Assembly: GCF_004010195.1 (NCBI RefSeq)
Contig: NC_057752.1
Location: 15,079,585 to 15,143,584, forward strand
DNA: 64,000 nucleotides
Direction: 5' to 3'
Source of the DNA: Chiloscyllium plagiosum
Lineage: Eukaryota
Shown here: piece after piece, positions 48,431 to 60,659 of the stretch
Numbering within the stretch: the stretch's first letter is position 1
How the letters are laid out: the number at the start of each line of letters is the position of its first letter
Notes under the pieces: generated by a model
What the model was told of the DNA's origin: nothing
Seen by the model: the letters and a program-made list of their open reading frames with translations, nothing else
Databases searched by the model: none
Made by a program: the position numbers and the translations under genes

Positions 48431-49206
48431 TGCGCAAAGATTTACATGTAACAGTGCCAATGCATGTAATTTAATTACGCTAATGCGCAAAAGTTTAATT
48501 ATCATGGTACCTGTCAACGTCATGGGAAGGTGTCCAAAGGTGTATATACGATCATGCTTCTATGTATAACATATAGCATCACTGTGTATAATAGAGTGGA
48601 ATCAATTCAGATTTATAACTGAGAACCATTCACACACAAATATCAAGTTGCCAGTGTGTGTAACTTTGCGAGTGTGCATCTGGAACTGTGTGTTATTGTG
48701 ACATTGCAGGAGGCTGGTTTGGTGCGAATGTCAGTGAGATACCACCTGGGTTGAGGAGCAAGTGTCTGCCTATGTATGATTGACAGAACCAGTGTACATG
48801 TGCAGGATGAGTGACACGGATGTTTTGCTGAACTTGCTTGTGCATGTCTGTCTGTCACCTTACCGGTATCTCCACATGTAACTGTTGCCTTGTTTGTGTG
48901 TGCACGTTTGTTGCCTTGCCTGAATCTGCACACATGCCTCTGTGTGTGTTACCTCACCTGCATGTGTGTGCATCTGTTACCTTTCCTGTGTGTGTGTTGC
49001 CTTGGCTGCACATGTGTATCTATTGCCTCGGCCGTACATGTCTATTGCCTCAGCTATGTTTGTGTGTCTGGTGCCTTGCCTGCATGTGCATATGCCATTT
49101 GCCTCTGCTGTATGTACTGAGTGTAGTTGAGGTGCATTTGTTTTAATGCGAGAAGTGTAGTAGTTAAGGCAGATGAACTAAGAGCTTGTATTAGTACCTG
49201 GGAGTA

Positions 49207-49529
49207 TGATTAGATTAGATTAGATTCCCTACAGTGTGGAAACAGGCCCTTCGGCCCAACCAGTCCACTCCGACCCTGCGAAGAGTAACCCACCCAGACC
49301 CATTTCCCTCCCACTATTGCACCTGACACGATGGCAATTTAGCATGGCCAATTCACCTGACTTGTACATCTTTGGACTGTGGAAGGAAGCTGGAGCACCC
49401 GGATGAAACCCACGCAGACACGGGGAGATTGTGCAAACTCCACACAGACAGTTGCCCGAGGCTGGAATCGAACCTGGGACCCTACTGCTGAGCGGCAGCA
49501 GTGCTAACCACTGAGCCACCGTGCCATCC
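49207..49529 (-). mobile_element. HE1 V-SINE
   Basis: Complete head, V-domain and (AATCT)n tail. Confidence 0.92.
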
Positions 49530-50057
49530 CCAATTGCTATTACTGAGACTTGGTTGAGGGAAGGGCATGATCGGCAACTAAATATCCCAGGATATCGATG
49601 CTTCAGGCTGAATAGAGAGAGAGGTAAAAAGGGTGGAGGAGTTGCATGACTGGTCAGAGAGGATATCACAGCTGTGCTGAAAGAGGGCACTATGGAGGAC
49701 TCGAGCAGTGAGGCAATATGGGCAGAGCTCAGAAATAAGAAGGGTGCGGTAACGATGTTCGAGCTGTACTACAGGCCTCCTGACCGTGAGCTTGAGATAG
49801 TGGTACAAAAATGTAAACAGTTTATGGAAAGATATAGGAGCAACAGGGTGGTGGTGATGGGAAATTTTAATTTTCCCAACATTGACTGGGACTCATTTAA
49901 TGTTAGAGGTCTGGATGGAGCAGAATTTGTGAGCAAAATTTGTAAGCAGCATCCAGGAGGGTTTTATAGAGCAGTATGTAAATTGTCCAACTCAGGAAAG
50001 GGCCTGGTGTTGGGGAATGAGCCCAGCCAGGTGGTTGAAGTTTCTTTTTTTTATATA

Positions 50058-50410
50058 TAGAATCTCTACAGAATGGTAACAGGCCCTTCGGCCCAACAAT
50101 TCCACACTGCACCTCCAAAAAGTAACCCACCCAGACCCATTCTCCTACCCTATTACAGGTACTCTATATTTGCTCTTGAGTAATGCACCTAACCTACACA
50201 TCCCTGTACACTGTGGACAAATTTAGCATGATCAGTTCACCTAATCTGCACATCTTTGGATTGTAGGAGGAAACCAGAGCACCCAGAACAAACCCGTGCA
50301 GATACTGGGAGAATGTGCAAACTCCACACAGTCGCCCGAGGCAGGAATTGAACTCAGGTCCCTGGTGCTGTGATGCAGCAGTGCTAATCACTGAGCCACT
50401 GTGACACCCC
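50058..50410 (-). mobile_element. HE1 V-SINE
   Basis: Complete head, V-domain and tail. Confidence 0.9.
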
Positions 50411-52084
50411 AAAGTAGGGGAGTTTCAGTAGGGGATTACTTTGGGAGTAGTATTCACAATTCCATAAGTTTTAGAATATTTATGGACAAAGACGAGAGTG
50501 GTCCTAGAGGAAGAGTGCTAAACTGGGGGAAGACCAACTATTGCTAATGTTTGTCCCCTTGTTTAAGAAGGGTAGCAAAGATAATCCAGGTAATTATAGA
50601 CCGGTGAGCCTGACGTCAGTGGTAGGGAAGCTGCTGGAGAAGATACTGAGGGATAAGATCTCTTTACATTTGGAAGAAAATGGGCTTATCAGTGTTAGGC
50701 AGCATGGTTTTGTGCAGGGAAGGTCATGTCTTACCAACTTAATAGAATTATTTGACGAAGTGACAAAGTTGATTGAGGGAAGGGCTGTAAATGTCATACC
50801 AAACGCCTTACTGAAGTCCATGTATAACCATGAAAGTTGGAGAAAGTGATGTCACATGGGGACAAGGGTGTACTACCTAGATGGATAGAGAATTGGCTGG
50901 GCAACAGGAGACAGAGAGTAGTAGTGGAAGGGAGTTTCTCAAAATGGAGAACTGTGACCAGTGATGTTCGGCAGGTATTCATGTTGGGACCATTAGAAAG
51001 ATGGGGATTGAGGTCTACAAAATTATGAGAGGTATAGACAGGGTGGATAGCAAGGAACTTTTTCCCCAGAGTGGGGGACTCAGTTACTCGGGGTCACGAG
51101 TTCAAGGTGAGAGGGGAAAGGTTTAGGGGAGATATATGTGGAAAGTTCTTTATGCAGAGGGTGGTGGGTGTCTGGAACGTGTTGCCAGCGGAGGTGGTAG
51201 AGGTGGGCACGCTAGCATCATTTAAGATGTATCTGGACAGATACATGAATGGGCAGAGAGCAGAGTCATAGAGATATACAGCACGAAAACAGACCCTTCG
51301 GTCCAACTCGTCCATGCCAACCAGATATCCCGACCCAATCTAGTCCCACCTGCCAACACCTGGCCCATATCCCTCTAAAACCTTCCTATTCATGTACCCA
51401 TCCCAGATGCCTTTTAAATGTTGTAATTGTACCAGCCTCCACCACTTCCCCTGGCAGCTCATTCCATACACGTAACACCCTCTGCGTGAAAAGGTTGCCC
51501 GTTAGATCTCTCTTAAATCTATCCTCTCTCACCCTAAACCTATGCTGTCTAGTTCTGGACTCCCCCACCCCATGGATACAGATCCTTAGAAAATAGGTGA
51601 CAGGTTTAGATAGAGGATCTGGATTGGCACAGGCTTGGAGGTCCGAAGGGCCTGTTCCTGTGCTGTAATTTTCTTCATTCTTCTTTGATTCGGCTGTGTG
51701 TGTGTGTCTGCATGTGCCTTTTGCCTCGGCTGCATTTCTGTGTGTGTGTGCTGTCTCAGTTGTGTTGATGTGTCTGGTGCCTTGTTTATGTGTGTATATA
51801 TTTCTGTTGCCTCAGCTGTGTGTGGGCGCCCGCATGCACGTCTGGTGCCGGGTCCGTTGAGTGTTGGGGAGGTGGTGGCGGTGGTGTCTGTTTTGCGCTG
51901 GCTCCTTGCTAGAACTGTAAGAGCTAGTTGCCTATCTCTGGTTTTTATTCTGTTACTTGCTAAGCTCTTAGCTCTGAAGGACTTGTCCAAATCCATCTTC
52001 AAATTTAATCTGCTTGCACCACCTTCTCATAGCAAAGTTTCCAAATCCTGATAACTGTGAGTGAAAAATAAAAATATTTCTCTT

Positions 52085-52338
52085 CATTCAATTCCTGCCT
52101 CAGGCGACTGTCTGTGTGGAGTTTGCACATTCTCCCTGTGTCTGCGTGGGTTTCCTCCCACAGTCCAAAGATGTGCAGGTCAGGTGAATTGGCCATGCTC
52201 AATTGCCCGTAGTGTTAGGTGTATTAGTCAGGGGTAAATATAAGGGGATGGGTTTCTCTTCGGAGGGTTGGTGTGGACTTGTTGGGCCGAAGGGCCTGTT
52301 TCCACACTGGAGGGAATCTAATCTAAAGTCTAATCTAA
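52085..52338 (+). mobile_element. HE1 V-SINE, 5'-truncated
   Basis: TTCAATTCCTGCCTCAGGCGACTG..GTGTGGAGTTTGCAC..GGGCCTGTTTCCACACTG..(AATCT)n. Confidence 0.9.
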
Positions 52339-52339
52339 A

Positions 52340-53411
52340 TCTCTGCTTGAAACATTAGCCAATAATTTTGAATCTATGATATCTAGTTGTTGGCTCACTC
52401 ACCAGAGGCAGCACTGTTTCTCGATCGACTCTATCAAAGCCTTTCATTATCTTAAAATCTCTGTTAGGTTATCGCTGTCCTTCTCTATAGTAAGGACAGC
52501 AGTTCTAACTTTTGCAACTTTGCTTCATAACTGGAATTCTCTATCCTTGGTATCCCTTCCTATGACCTTTATTTCTTTGCTGAAGTGTGCTGGTCAGGTG
52601 AAATCTGGGGTCTAACCAGTGATTTATAAAGTTCTGGCATAATCTCTTGGCCTTTATTTTGAATTCCTCTATTAATAAACCTGAATAACCTATACACTTT
52701 ATTGATCACTTAATCAACATGGATTGCCAACTTTAAGGATTTATATATGTAGAAATGAAATCCGAAACCGTCTGCAGTTTTCAAAGTCACATTATTTGTA
52801 GGCCAATAATGTGCCTTTTCATAGTAGTTTCCCCCAAAGTACGTCACTTGATACATCTCCATACTAAACTCATCTTCCATGTTCCTGACGCTTTCATAAT
52901 CCACTCTTATAGAGTCACAAAGCACAGAAAGAGGCCCTTCGACACATCGAGCCTACACCGAACTATCTATTATTCCCACCTTCCAGCACGAGGCCCGTAG
53001 TCTTGAATGTTATGACATGTCAGGTGCTCACCCACATACCTTTTTTAAGGTTGTGTGGTTTTGTTCCTCAACTTACCAGTCCAGGCAGTGCACTCTAGTG
53101 CACTCCCCGGGGTGAAAACATTTTCCCTGAAATCTCTTCTAAACCTCTGCCTTTCATCTTAAAATTATACCCGTTATTATTGACCTGTCAACCAGGAGAA
53201 CATCTGCTTTTTGTTCACCCTGTTCATGCCCCTCATAATCTTATACACCTCTATCGGGTCCCCTTTCAGTCATCTGTACTCCAAAGAAAACAACCTGAGC
53301 TTATCAGCCTGCCTTCATGGTAGAATTGCTCTATCCCAGACAACATCCTAGTGAACCTCCTGTAGACCCCTCCAGTCCAATCGCATCTTTCTGATAGTGT
53401 GGTGACCAGAA
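52340..53411 (-). mobile_element. Old CR1 fragments
   Basis: RRFTRMLSGIEQF remnant and 3' UTR motifs on the minus strand. Confidence 0.7.
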
Positions 53412-53911
53412 NNNNNNNNNNNNNNNNNNNNNNNNNNNNNNNNNNNNNNNNNNNNNNNNNNNNNNNNNNNNNNNNNNNNNNNNNNNNNNNNNNNNNNNNN
53501 NNNNNNNNNNNNNNNNNNNNNNNNNNNNNNNNNNNNNNNNNNNNNNNNNNNNNNNNNNNNNNNNNNNNNNNNNNNNNNNNNNNNNNNNNNNNNNNNNNNN
53601 NNNNNNNNNNNNNNNNNNNNNNNNNNNNNNNNNNNNNNNNNNNNNNNNNNNNNNNNNNNNNNNNNNNNNNNNNNNNNNNNNNNNNNNNNNNNNNNNNNNN
53701 NNNNNNNNNNNNNNNNNNNNNNNNNNNNNNNNNNNNNNNNNNNNNNNNNNNNNNNNNNNNNNNNNNNNNNNNNNNNNNNNNNNNNNNNNNNNNNNNNNNN
53801 NNNNNNNNNNNNNNNNNNNNNNNNNNNNNNNNNNNNNNNNNNNNNNNNNNNNNNNNNNNNNNNNNNNNNNNNNNNNNNNNNNNNNNNNNNNNNNNNNNNN
53901 NNNNNNNNNNN
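53412..53911. other. Assembly gap (exactly 500 N, probably a placeholder size)
   Basis: N run. Confidence 1.
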
Positions 53912-54714
53912 TTATCAGGCATTATTTGACACCAAACCAAAGGATATGCTGGCACCAAAAGCCTGGTCAGAAGGAACCTCCAGACTGATGATCTTGGCAG
54001 CTGAAGGCACTGACATCACTGGTGAAGGCATGACATTTGGGAATCCTCAAGAAGTGCAGAGATTTTCAAGTGTTGTAGAGTTGGAAGAGATTTCACAGAT
54101 CGGGAAGGGTGAGGGCATGAGCTATTTGAAAATAAGGATGAGCATTTTATAATTTGAGACATACAGAAGTGACGGATGAATGGGATTTGATGAGAGTTAG
54201 AGTTCTGGATGGGCTCTTGTTTCTAAAGGTTACTAGATAGAAGGTTGACCAAGAGTTTATCAGAAAAGGTGAATCCAGCAATAATAGACATGAATGTGAG
54301 TCATGTTTTCTGTGCATGAGAGGTATATTATCACTCCTCCTTTTAGATGCTCCTTATAGACAGCTACTTTGACAAAGCTTTCACCCCCCACCCCCATCCA
54401 AATATCTCCTTATGTAGCTTAGTGTCAAATTTTGTCTGATAACATTCCTGTGAAGCATCATGGAGTGTTCTACTTCATCAAAAATACTTTGTAAACCTGA
54501 GTTGTTCTTGTAACACATGGAAGTCCAAGTGTCATTACAGAAGGGGTCTGCTATTTAGCCTATCAGGTTCATGCTGGTTCTTAGTCAAGCAAGGCAGTCA
54601 ATCCCATTCCCATGCTCTGTCCCCTTAAATGTATTTGCCAGTGTTTGGTTGTACCCAAATGTGAGTGTGATAGAGAAAGTATATATGTGTGTGTGCGCGT
54701 CCGGCATTATCAGC

Positions 54715-54912
54715 TTCTGTGTAGTTCCTTTGCCTGGGTGAGAGGAAGACAAGCTAAGGATTTGTGTCTCTGTGTGTACCTGTGCCTGGCTGTGAGAAGG
54801 AGAGAAAGACAGGATTGATATCTGAGTGTGAGAGGGTAAAAAAGATCAGATTGGTTTCTCTGTGTATACCTGTGCCTGGGTATGACAGGGAGAGAAAGAC
54901 TGGATTGGTGTC
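54715..54912 (+). repeat. Degenerate tandem repeat just upstream of the SPRYD3 acceptor
   Basis: TCTCTGTGT.TACCTGTGCCTGG..GAGAGAAAGAC.GGATTG at about 54767 and 54857, plus weaker units. Confidence 0.65.
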
Positions 54913-54953
54913 CGTGTGTGTGTGTTACTAAATTCTCTGATTTCTTTTCTCAG

Positions 54954-55073
54954 ATGATGGCAAGCTTTTCCAAGGAAGTGGAGTGGGAGATCCTTTTGGC
55001 CCTCGCTGTTACAAGGGCGATATCATGGGTTGTGGTATCATGTTTCCTCGAGATTATATTTTAGACAGTGATG
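54954..55073 (+). CDS. SPRYD3: Internal coding exon of SPRY domain-containing protein 3 (second SPRY domain)
   Basis: Acceptor TTTCTTTTCTCAG ends at 54953 and donor G|GTAAG starts at 55074; 120 nt, phase 1-1. Translates (D)DGKLFQGSGVGDPFGPRCYKGDIMGCGIMFPRDYILDSD(G), nearly identical to the vertebrate SPRYD3 segment as I recall it (DDGKIFHGSGVGDPFGPRCYKGDIMGCGIMFPRDYILDSEG). Confidence 0.93.
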
Positions 55074-56044
55074 GTAAGAATGTTGTTAGTGTGGTATATT
55101 ACTTATATGGAAATTGGATTTGGTGGCTTCTGAATTCGAATGGAATACTGAGCAGGCAGATTTGCAGCATCGTATATTTTTGCTTCTTAAGAATTTTACA
55201 GCGCAGAAGGAGCTCAATTAGTCCATTGCTGTTATGTTCTCTCACTGGTGGAGCGATTGTATTGGTCACATGACTTTCCCCATTTGGTCACCACGTGCCT
55301 TCCTTCCCTCTTGCCCTTTCACCATATCAACCTGCCACACCTGTGCCTTGTCTCTCAAAGAGCAAACCTCTTTGACCAAAAACTCAATGTGATCAGCTAC
55401 ATAAATACCTTAACTACAGGAGGAGATCAGAGGCTGGGTATTCGACACTAAGTGACTCACCTCATGGAACTTATTTTCTAATAGCATTGTGGGAATTCCT
55501 TCACAACATACACTCCAACTGTTCAAAAAAAAAAGTCACAGCCACCTTCTGAGGGTTAACCAAGGATGGGAATTAAATGCTGGCCCTTGCAGTGATGCCG
55601 ATGTGGCCAGAATAATTTTGTTTTAAGTTTCATTGCCCTGAATGTCTCCGATTTCCTCCAGTATTCTATTAAAATTCTCAGTCCCATTCTCCTGTTCTTT
55701 CTCCATTTTCCCATCTACTCTGTGCACTGGTTCCGAAAGAGCTTTCGAACAAGAGTTCGAAAAACATGTTTAACCTGGAGATTCCACACAAGTGTACACA
55801 CGTGCATGCATGTGCACATATGTACACTTACGTATGTGCACACAGTTATACGCTAACGTTCACACACCTGGTCATAAACTGTTTTGCATCCTGGTTCTCC
55901 GATCACACCTGTACACCACTTACCTGTTATCTTCAAGCCATATAGCAACATCCCCCTTTTTTTTTCTCCGAAGATAGACATTGTATACAGCAAAAGTAAA
56001 CATAAGTAACAACGTAAGGTGGTTGCTGACACTATTACACAAAA

Positions 56045-56372
56045 GGTGGTTACCACTGCTGCCTCACAGTGCCAGGGGTCTGGGTTTGATTCCAGCCTTA
56101 GGCGACTGTCTATGTGGAGTTTGCACATCCTTCCCATGTCTGCATGGGTTTCCTCCGGGTGCTCCAGTTTCCTCCCACAATCCAAAGATGTGAATTGGCC
56201 ATGCTAGATTGCCCATAGTGTTCAGGGATGTGTAGGTTAGGTGCATTGGTCAGGGTGTATGTAGAGTAATAGGGTAGGGGAATGGGTCTGGGTGGGTTAC
56301 ACTTCGGAGGGTCAGTGTAGACTTGTTGGGCCTAATGGCTTGTTTCCACATTGTAGGGATTCTATGATTCTA
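56045..56372 (+). mobile_element. HE1 V-SINE
   Basis: GTGGTTACCACTGCTGCCTCACAG..V-domain..GGATTCTATGATTCTAT tail. Confidence 0.9.
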
Positions 56373-56374
56373 TT

Positions 56375-58070
56375 AAAAGGCCCTTCGGCCCATTGAGTCT
56401 GTGCTAATCCCAATTTCCCAATATCCTTGAATGTTATGATATTTCAAGTGCTCATCCAAATTTTTTTTAAAGGTTGTAAAGTTTCCATCCTCTGCAACGT
56501 TCCCAGGCAGCGCATTGCGGAATTCCACCACCCTCTGAGTGAAAAAGTGTTTTCTCAAATCGCCTCTGCTGTCCTGCCCCTTACCCTAAAACTACGTTCC
56601 CCTCGTGATTAACTCCTCAAACAAGTGGAACAGTTGCTCCCTACTCACCCTGTCCATATCCTTCATAATCTTACGTACTTCCATCATATACCCCCTCAGC
56701 CTATCCAGCCTCTCCTTCTAACTTAAACCCTCCATCCCCGACAACATCCTGGTTAGTCTTTTCTGAACCCTCTCCAGCTTAATAATATCCTTCCTATAAC
56801 AGGGTGATCAGAACTGGGTACAGTACTCCAGAAGAAGCCTCACTAGTGTTCTGTAAAGCCTCAAGATGATGTCCCTACTCTATATTGAAAGTCTGAACAA
56901 TTAAGGCAAGCATGAAGGCTAAACGCCTTGTTAACCACCCTGCGACATAAACTTCAAAGAATTACGTATCTAAACCCCGAGATCTCTTTATGCTACAGCA
57001 CGAGCTGCATTTAATTGTATAATATCTGCCCTTGTTTGTTTTACCAACATGCAATATCTCCCACTTATCCAAGTAAACTCCATCTGCCATTCCTCCAGCC
57101 CATTCATCCAACTGATCAAGATTTATTTGTAATCTTAAGTAATAGAATCATAGAATGCCTACAGTGCAGAAGCAGGCCATTCGGCCCATTGAGTCCACAC
57201 TGACCCTCCAAAGAGCATCCCACCCCGACCTACCCCTCTACCCTGTCACAGTAACCCTGCAATTCCCATGGCTAATCCACCTTGCATGCATGGCCCTGGA
57301 CTCCATGGGTGATTTAGCATGGCTAATCCACCTCACCTGCACAATCTTTGGACTGTGGGAGGAAACTGGAGCACCTGGAAGAAACCGACACAGACACAGT
57401 AGAATGTACAAACTATACACACAACCACCTGAGGCTGGAATCAGGCCCTGGTCCCTGGCGCTGTGAGGCAGCAAGGTGAACCACTGAACCACCATGCTGC
57501 CTCTGAATCTCCTTCACCATTCACTATACCATCAATATTGGTGTCATCCACAAACCTACTAACTGTGCCTTCTAAATTCTCATCTAAGTAATTTATATAA
57601 ATGACAAACAAAAGTGGACCCAGCACTGATCCTTGTGGAACACCACTGGTCACAGACCTCCAGTCCAAATAAAATGCCCTCCACTATTACTCTCTGCCTC
57701 CTGCTCTTAAGCCAGTTTTGTATCTAATTTGCTAGCTTACTCTGAATTCCATGTGACCTGACTTGACTAATTCATCTACCATGCAGAACCTTTTCAAATG
57801 CTTTTCTAAAGTCCAAGTAAATGATGTCTATTGCTCTGCCCTCATCAATCTTCTTGGTTACTTGCTCAAAAAGCTCAATCAAGTTTGTGAGACATGATTT
57901 CCACCACACAAAACCATGCTGACTATCCCTGATCATTCCTTGCTTCTCCAATTGCATATAAATCCTATCTTTCAGAATCACCTCCAACAACATACCTACT
58001 ACCGAAGTTAGACTCCCAGATCTATAGTTCCCAGGCTTCTCCTTACACCCCTTTCTAAACCATGGCACAA
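56375..58070 (-). mobile_element. CR1 LINE RT fragments
   Basis: VTSGVPQGSVLGPLLFVIYIN..FVDDT, QHGFV..KSCLTNLIE..IYLDFRKAFEKV. Confidence 0.92.
57143..57500 (-). mobile_element. HE1 V-SINE
   Basis: Head, V-domain and TTCTATGATTCTA tail. Confidence 0.88.
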
Positions 58071-60645
58071 TAGTACAAAGGGAATTGGGCAGGAACTGTA
58101 GACCATAAATTGGGAGCAGATATTCTCAGGAAATACATCACAAAAATGTGGAGGTCATTTAGGGAGCACTTGCTGATATTGCTGGACAGGTTTGTCCTAC
58201 TGAGGCAAGGATGGAATGGTAAGGTGAAGGAACCATGGATGACAAGGGATGTGGAAGAGGAAGAAGGAAGCTTCCTTAAGTTTGAGGAAACAAGGATCAG
58301 GCAGGGCTTTCGAGGGTTACAGTGTAGCCAGGAAGGAACTGAATAATGGACTTGGGAGAGCTGCAAAGGGGCACAAAAAAACCTTGACAGATAGGATTAA
58401 GAAAAACCCCAAAGGGTTCTACACTTAAAGTGAGAAACAAGAGGATGGCCAGAGTGAGGGTAGGGCTGCTCAGGGATCGTGGAGGGAACTTGTGCTTGGA
58501 GTCAGAGGAGGTAGGAGAGGGTCCTTGATGAATATTTTGCTTCAGTGTTCACTAGTAAGAAGGACCTAGACATTTCTAAGGACAGCATGAAACAGGCTGA
58601 TACGCTTGAACAGGTTAATGTTAAGAAGGACGATGTGCTGGAAATTTTTTAAAACATAAGGATTGATAAGTCCCCTGGGCCAGGCAGGATACACCCAAGG
58701 TTACTACAGGAAGCAAAGGAAGAGATCGCTGCGCCTTTGGCGATGATCTTTGCATCCTCACTGTCCACTGGTGACAAACCAGATGATTGGAGAGTGGTAA
58801 ATGTTATTCCCTTTTCAAGAAAGGAAATAGGGAAGACCCTGGAAATTACAAACCAGTCAGTCTTACATCAGTGGTGGGCAAATTATTGGAGAGGATTCTG
58901 AGGGACAGGATTTATGATTATTTGGAAAAGCACAGCTTGATTAGAGATAGTCAGCATGGCCTTGTGAGGGGCAGGTCATGCCTCACAAGCCTTATTGAAT
59001 TCTTTGAGGGTGTGACAAAACACATTGATGAAGGTAGGGCATTGGATGCGTTGTATACGGATTTTACCAAAACGTTTGATAAGCTTCCCTATGGCAGGTT
59101 CACTTACAAAGTAAGGAGAAGGCATGGGATACAGGAAAAATTGGCTGGCCCATAGAAAACAGAGGATGGTAGCAGATGAACGGTATTCAGCCTGGAGATT
59201 AGATTAGATTTAGATTAGATTAGATTACAGTGTGGAAACAGGCCCTTCGGCCCAACAAGTCCACACCGACCCGCCGAAGCGAAACCCTCCATACCCCTAC
59301 ATTTACCCCTTACCCAGAGGATGGTAGCAGATGAACGGTATTCAGCCTGGAGCTCGATGACCAGTGGTGTTCTGCATGGATCTGTTCAGGGACCTCTGCT
59401 CTTTGTGATTATTATAAATGACTTGGATGAGGAAGTGGAAGGGTGAGTTAGTAAATTTGCTGATGACATAAAGGTTGGTGGAGTCGTGGATAATATGCAG
59501 GGCTGTTGCAAGTTGCAATGGGACATTGACAGGATGCAGAACTGTGCTGAGAGTGACAGATGGAGTTAAGCCTGGTAAAGTGTGAAGTGATTCACTTTGG
59601 AAGGTGGAATTTGAATGGAGATTACAGGGTTAAAGGCAGGATTCTTGGCAGTGTGGAGGAACAGCAGGATCTTGGGGTCCGCATCCATAGATCCCTCAAA
59701 GTTGCCACCCAGGTTGATAGGGTTATTAAGAAGGCGTGTGGTGTGTTGGCTTTCATGAGCGGGGGATTGAGTTTAAGAGCCGCGAGGTTATGCTGCAGCT
59801 CTATAGAGCACTGGTTAGACCATACTTGGAATATTGTGCTCAGTTTTGGTCGCCTCATTATTAGAAGGATGTGGAAGAGGGTGCAGAGGAGATTTACCAG
59901 GATGCTGCCTGGACTGGAGGGCTTGTCTTATGTAGAAAAGTTGAGAGACCTTGGGCTTTTCTCACTGGAGAGAAGAAGGGTGAGAGGTGACTTGATAGAG
60001 GTGTACAAGGTGACTGAGAGTGGCTAATAGAACATAGAACAGCACAGCACAGTATTGTTTGGCCTTCGATGTTGGGCTGACCTTTTATCTTACTCTAAGA
60101 TCAGATAGAGGCATAGGTAGAGTGGATAGCCAGAGACTTTTTCCCAGGATGGAAATGGCTATCATGAGGGTTCATAATTTTAAAGAGGAGATTTACCAGG
60201 ATGCTGCCTGGACTGGAGGGCTTGTCTTATGTAGAAAAGTTGAGAGACCTTGGGCTTTTCTCACTGGAGAGAAGAAGGGTGAGAGGTTACTTGATAGAGG
60301 TGTACAAGGTAATAAGAGGCATAGGTAGAGTGGATAGCCAGAGACTTTTTCCCAGGATGGAAATAGCTATCATGAGGGTTCATAATTTTAAGGTGATTGG
60401 CAGAAGAGTTTGGGAAGATGTTAGAGGTAGGTTCTTTACACAGAGAGTGGTGGGTGCGTAGAATGCACTGCCAGCAGTGGGAGTAGTGTCAGGTACATGA
60501 GGGACATATTAAGCAAGTCTTGGAAAGGCACATGGATGATAGTAAAATGTAGGGTATGTAGGTTAGTCTGATCTTAGAGTAGGATAAAAGGTCAGCCCAA
60601 CATCGAAGGCCAAACAATACTGTGCTGTGCTGTTCTATGTTCTAT
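58070..60645 (+). mobile_element. CR1 LINE ORF2 to 3' end with internal rearrangements; same subfamily as 28790-32600
   Basis: NYKPVSLTSVVGKLLE..GRSCLTSLIEFFE, FADD, RRFTRMLPGLEGLSY (twice), TTCTATG tail. Confidence 0.95.
59198..59314 (-). mobile_element. HE1 3' fragment
   Basis: Nearly identical to 42950-43057; flanked by a 38-bp direct repeat. Confidence 0.9.
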
Positions 60646-60659
60646 TAGCCACTCTCAGT

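Larger units (their letters stand above)
49150..51670 (+). mobile_element. CR1 LINE ORF2 with large deletions; hosts two HE1 copies and an antisense CR1 3' end (about 51265-51575)
   Basis: EAIWAELRNKKG..YYRPP..GNFNFPNIDW, NYRPVSLTSVVGKLLE..QHGFVQGRSCLTNL. Confidence 0.9.

Noticed and set aside
42846..51670. Similarity of 42846-44650 to 50541-51670 as a segmental duplication
   Set aside because: Similarity is confined to CR1 sequence with different insertions and deletions; explained by a shared subfamily.
53266..53958. ORFs spanning the 500-N gap
   Set aside because: Mostly X; flanks are LINE remnants.
55733..55763. Three TTCGAA-like motifs as a heat-shock element
   Set aside because: Spacing does not fit contiguous inverted nGAAn units.
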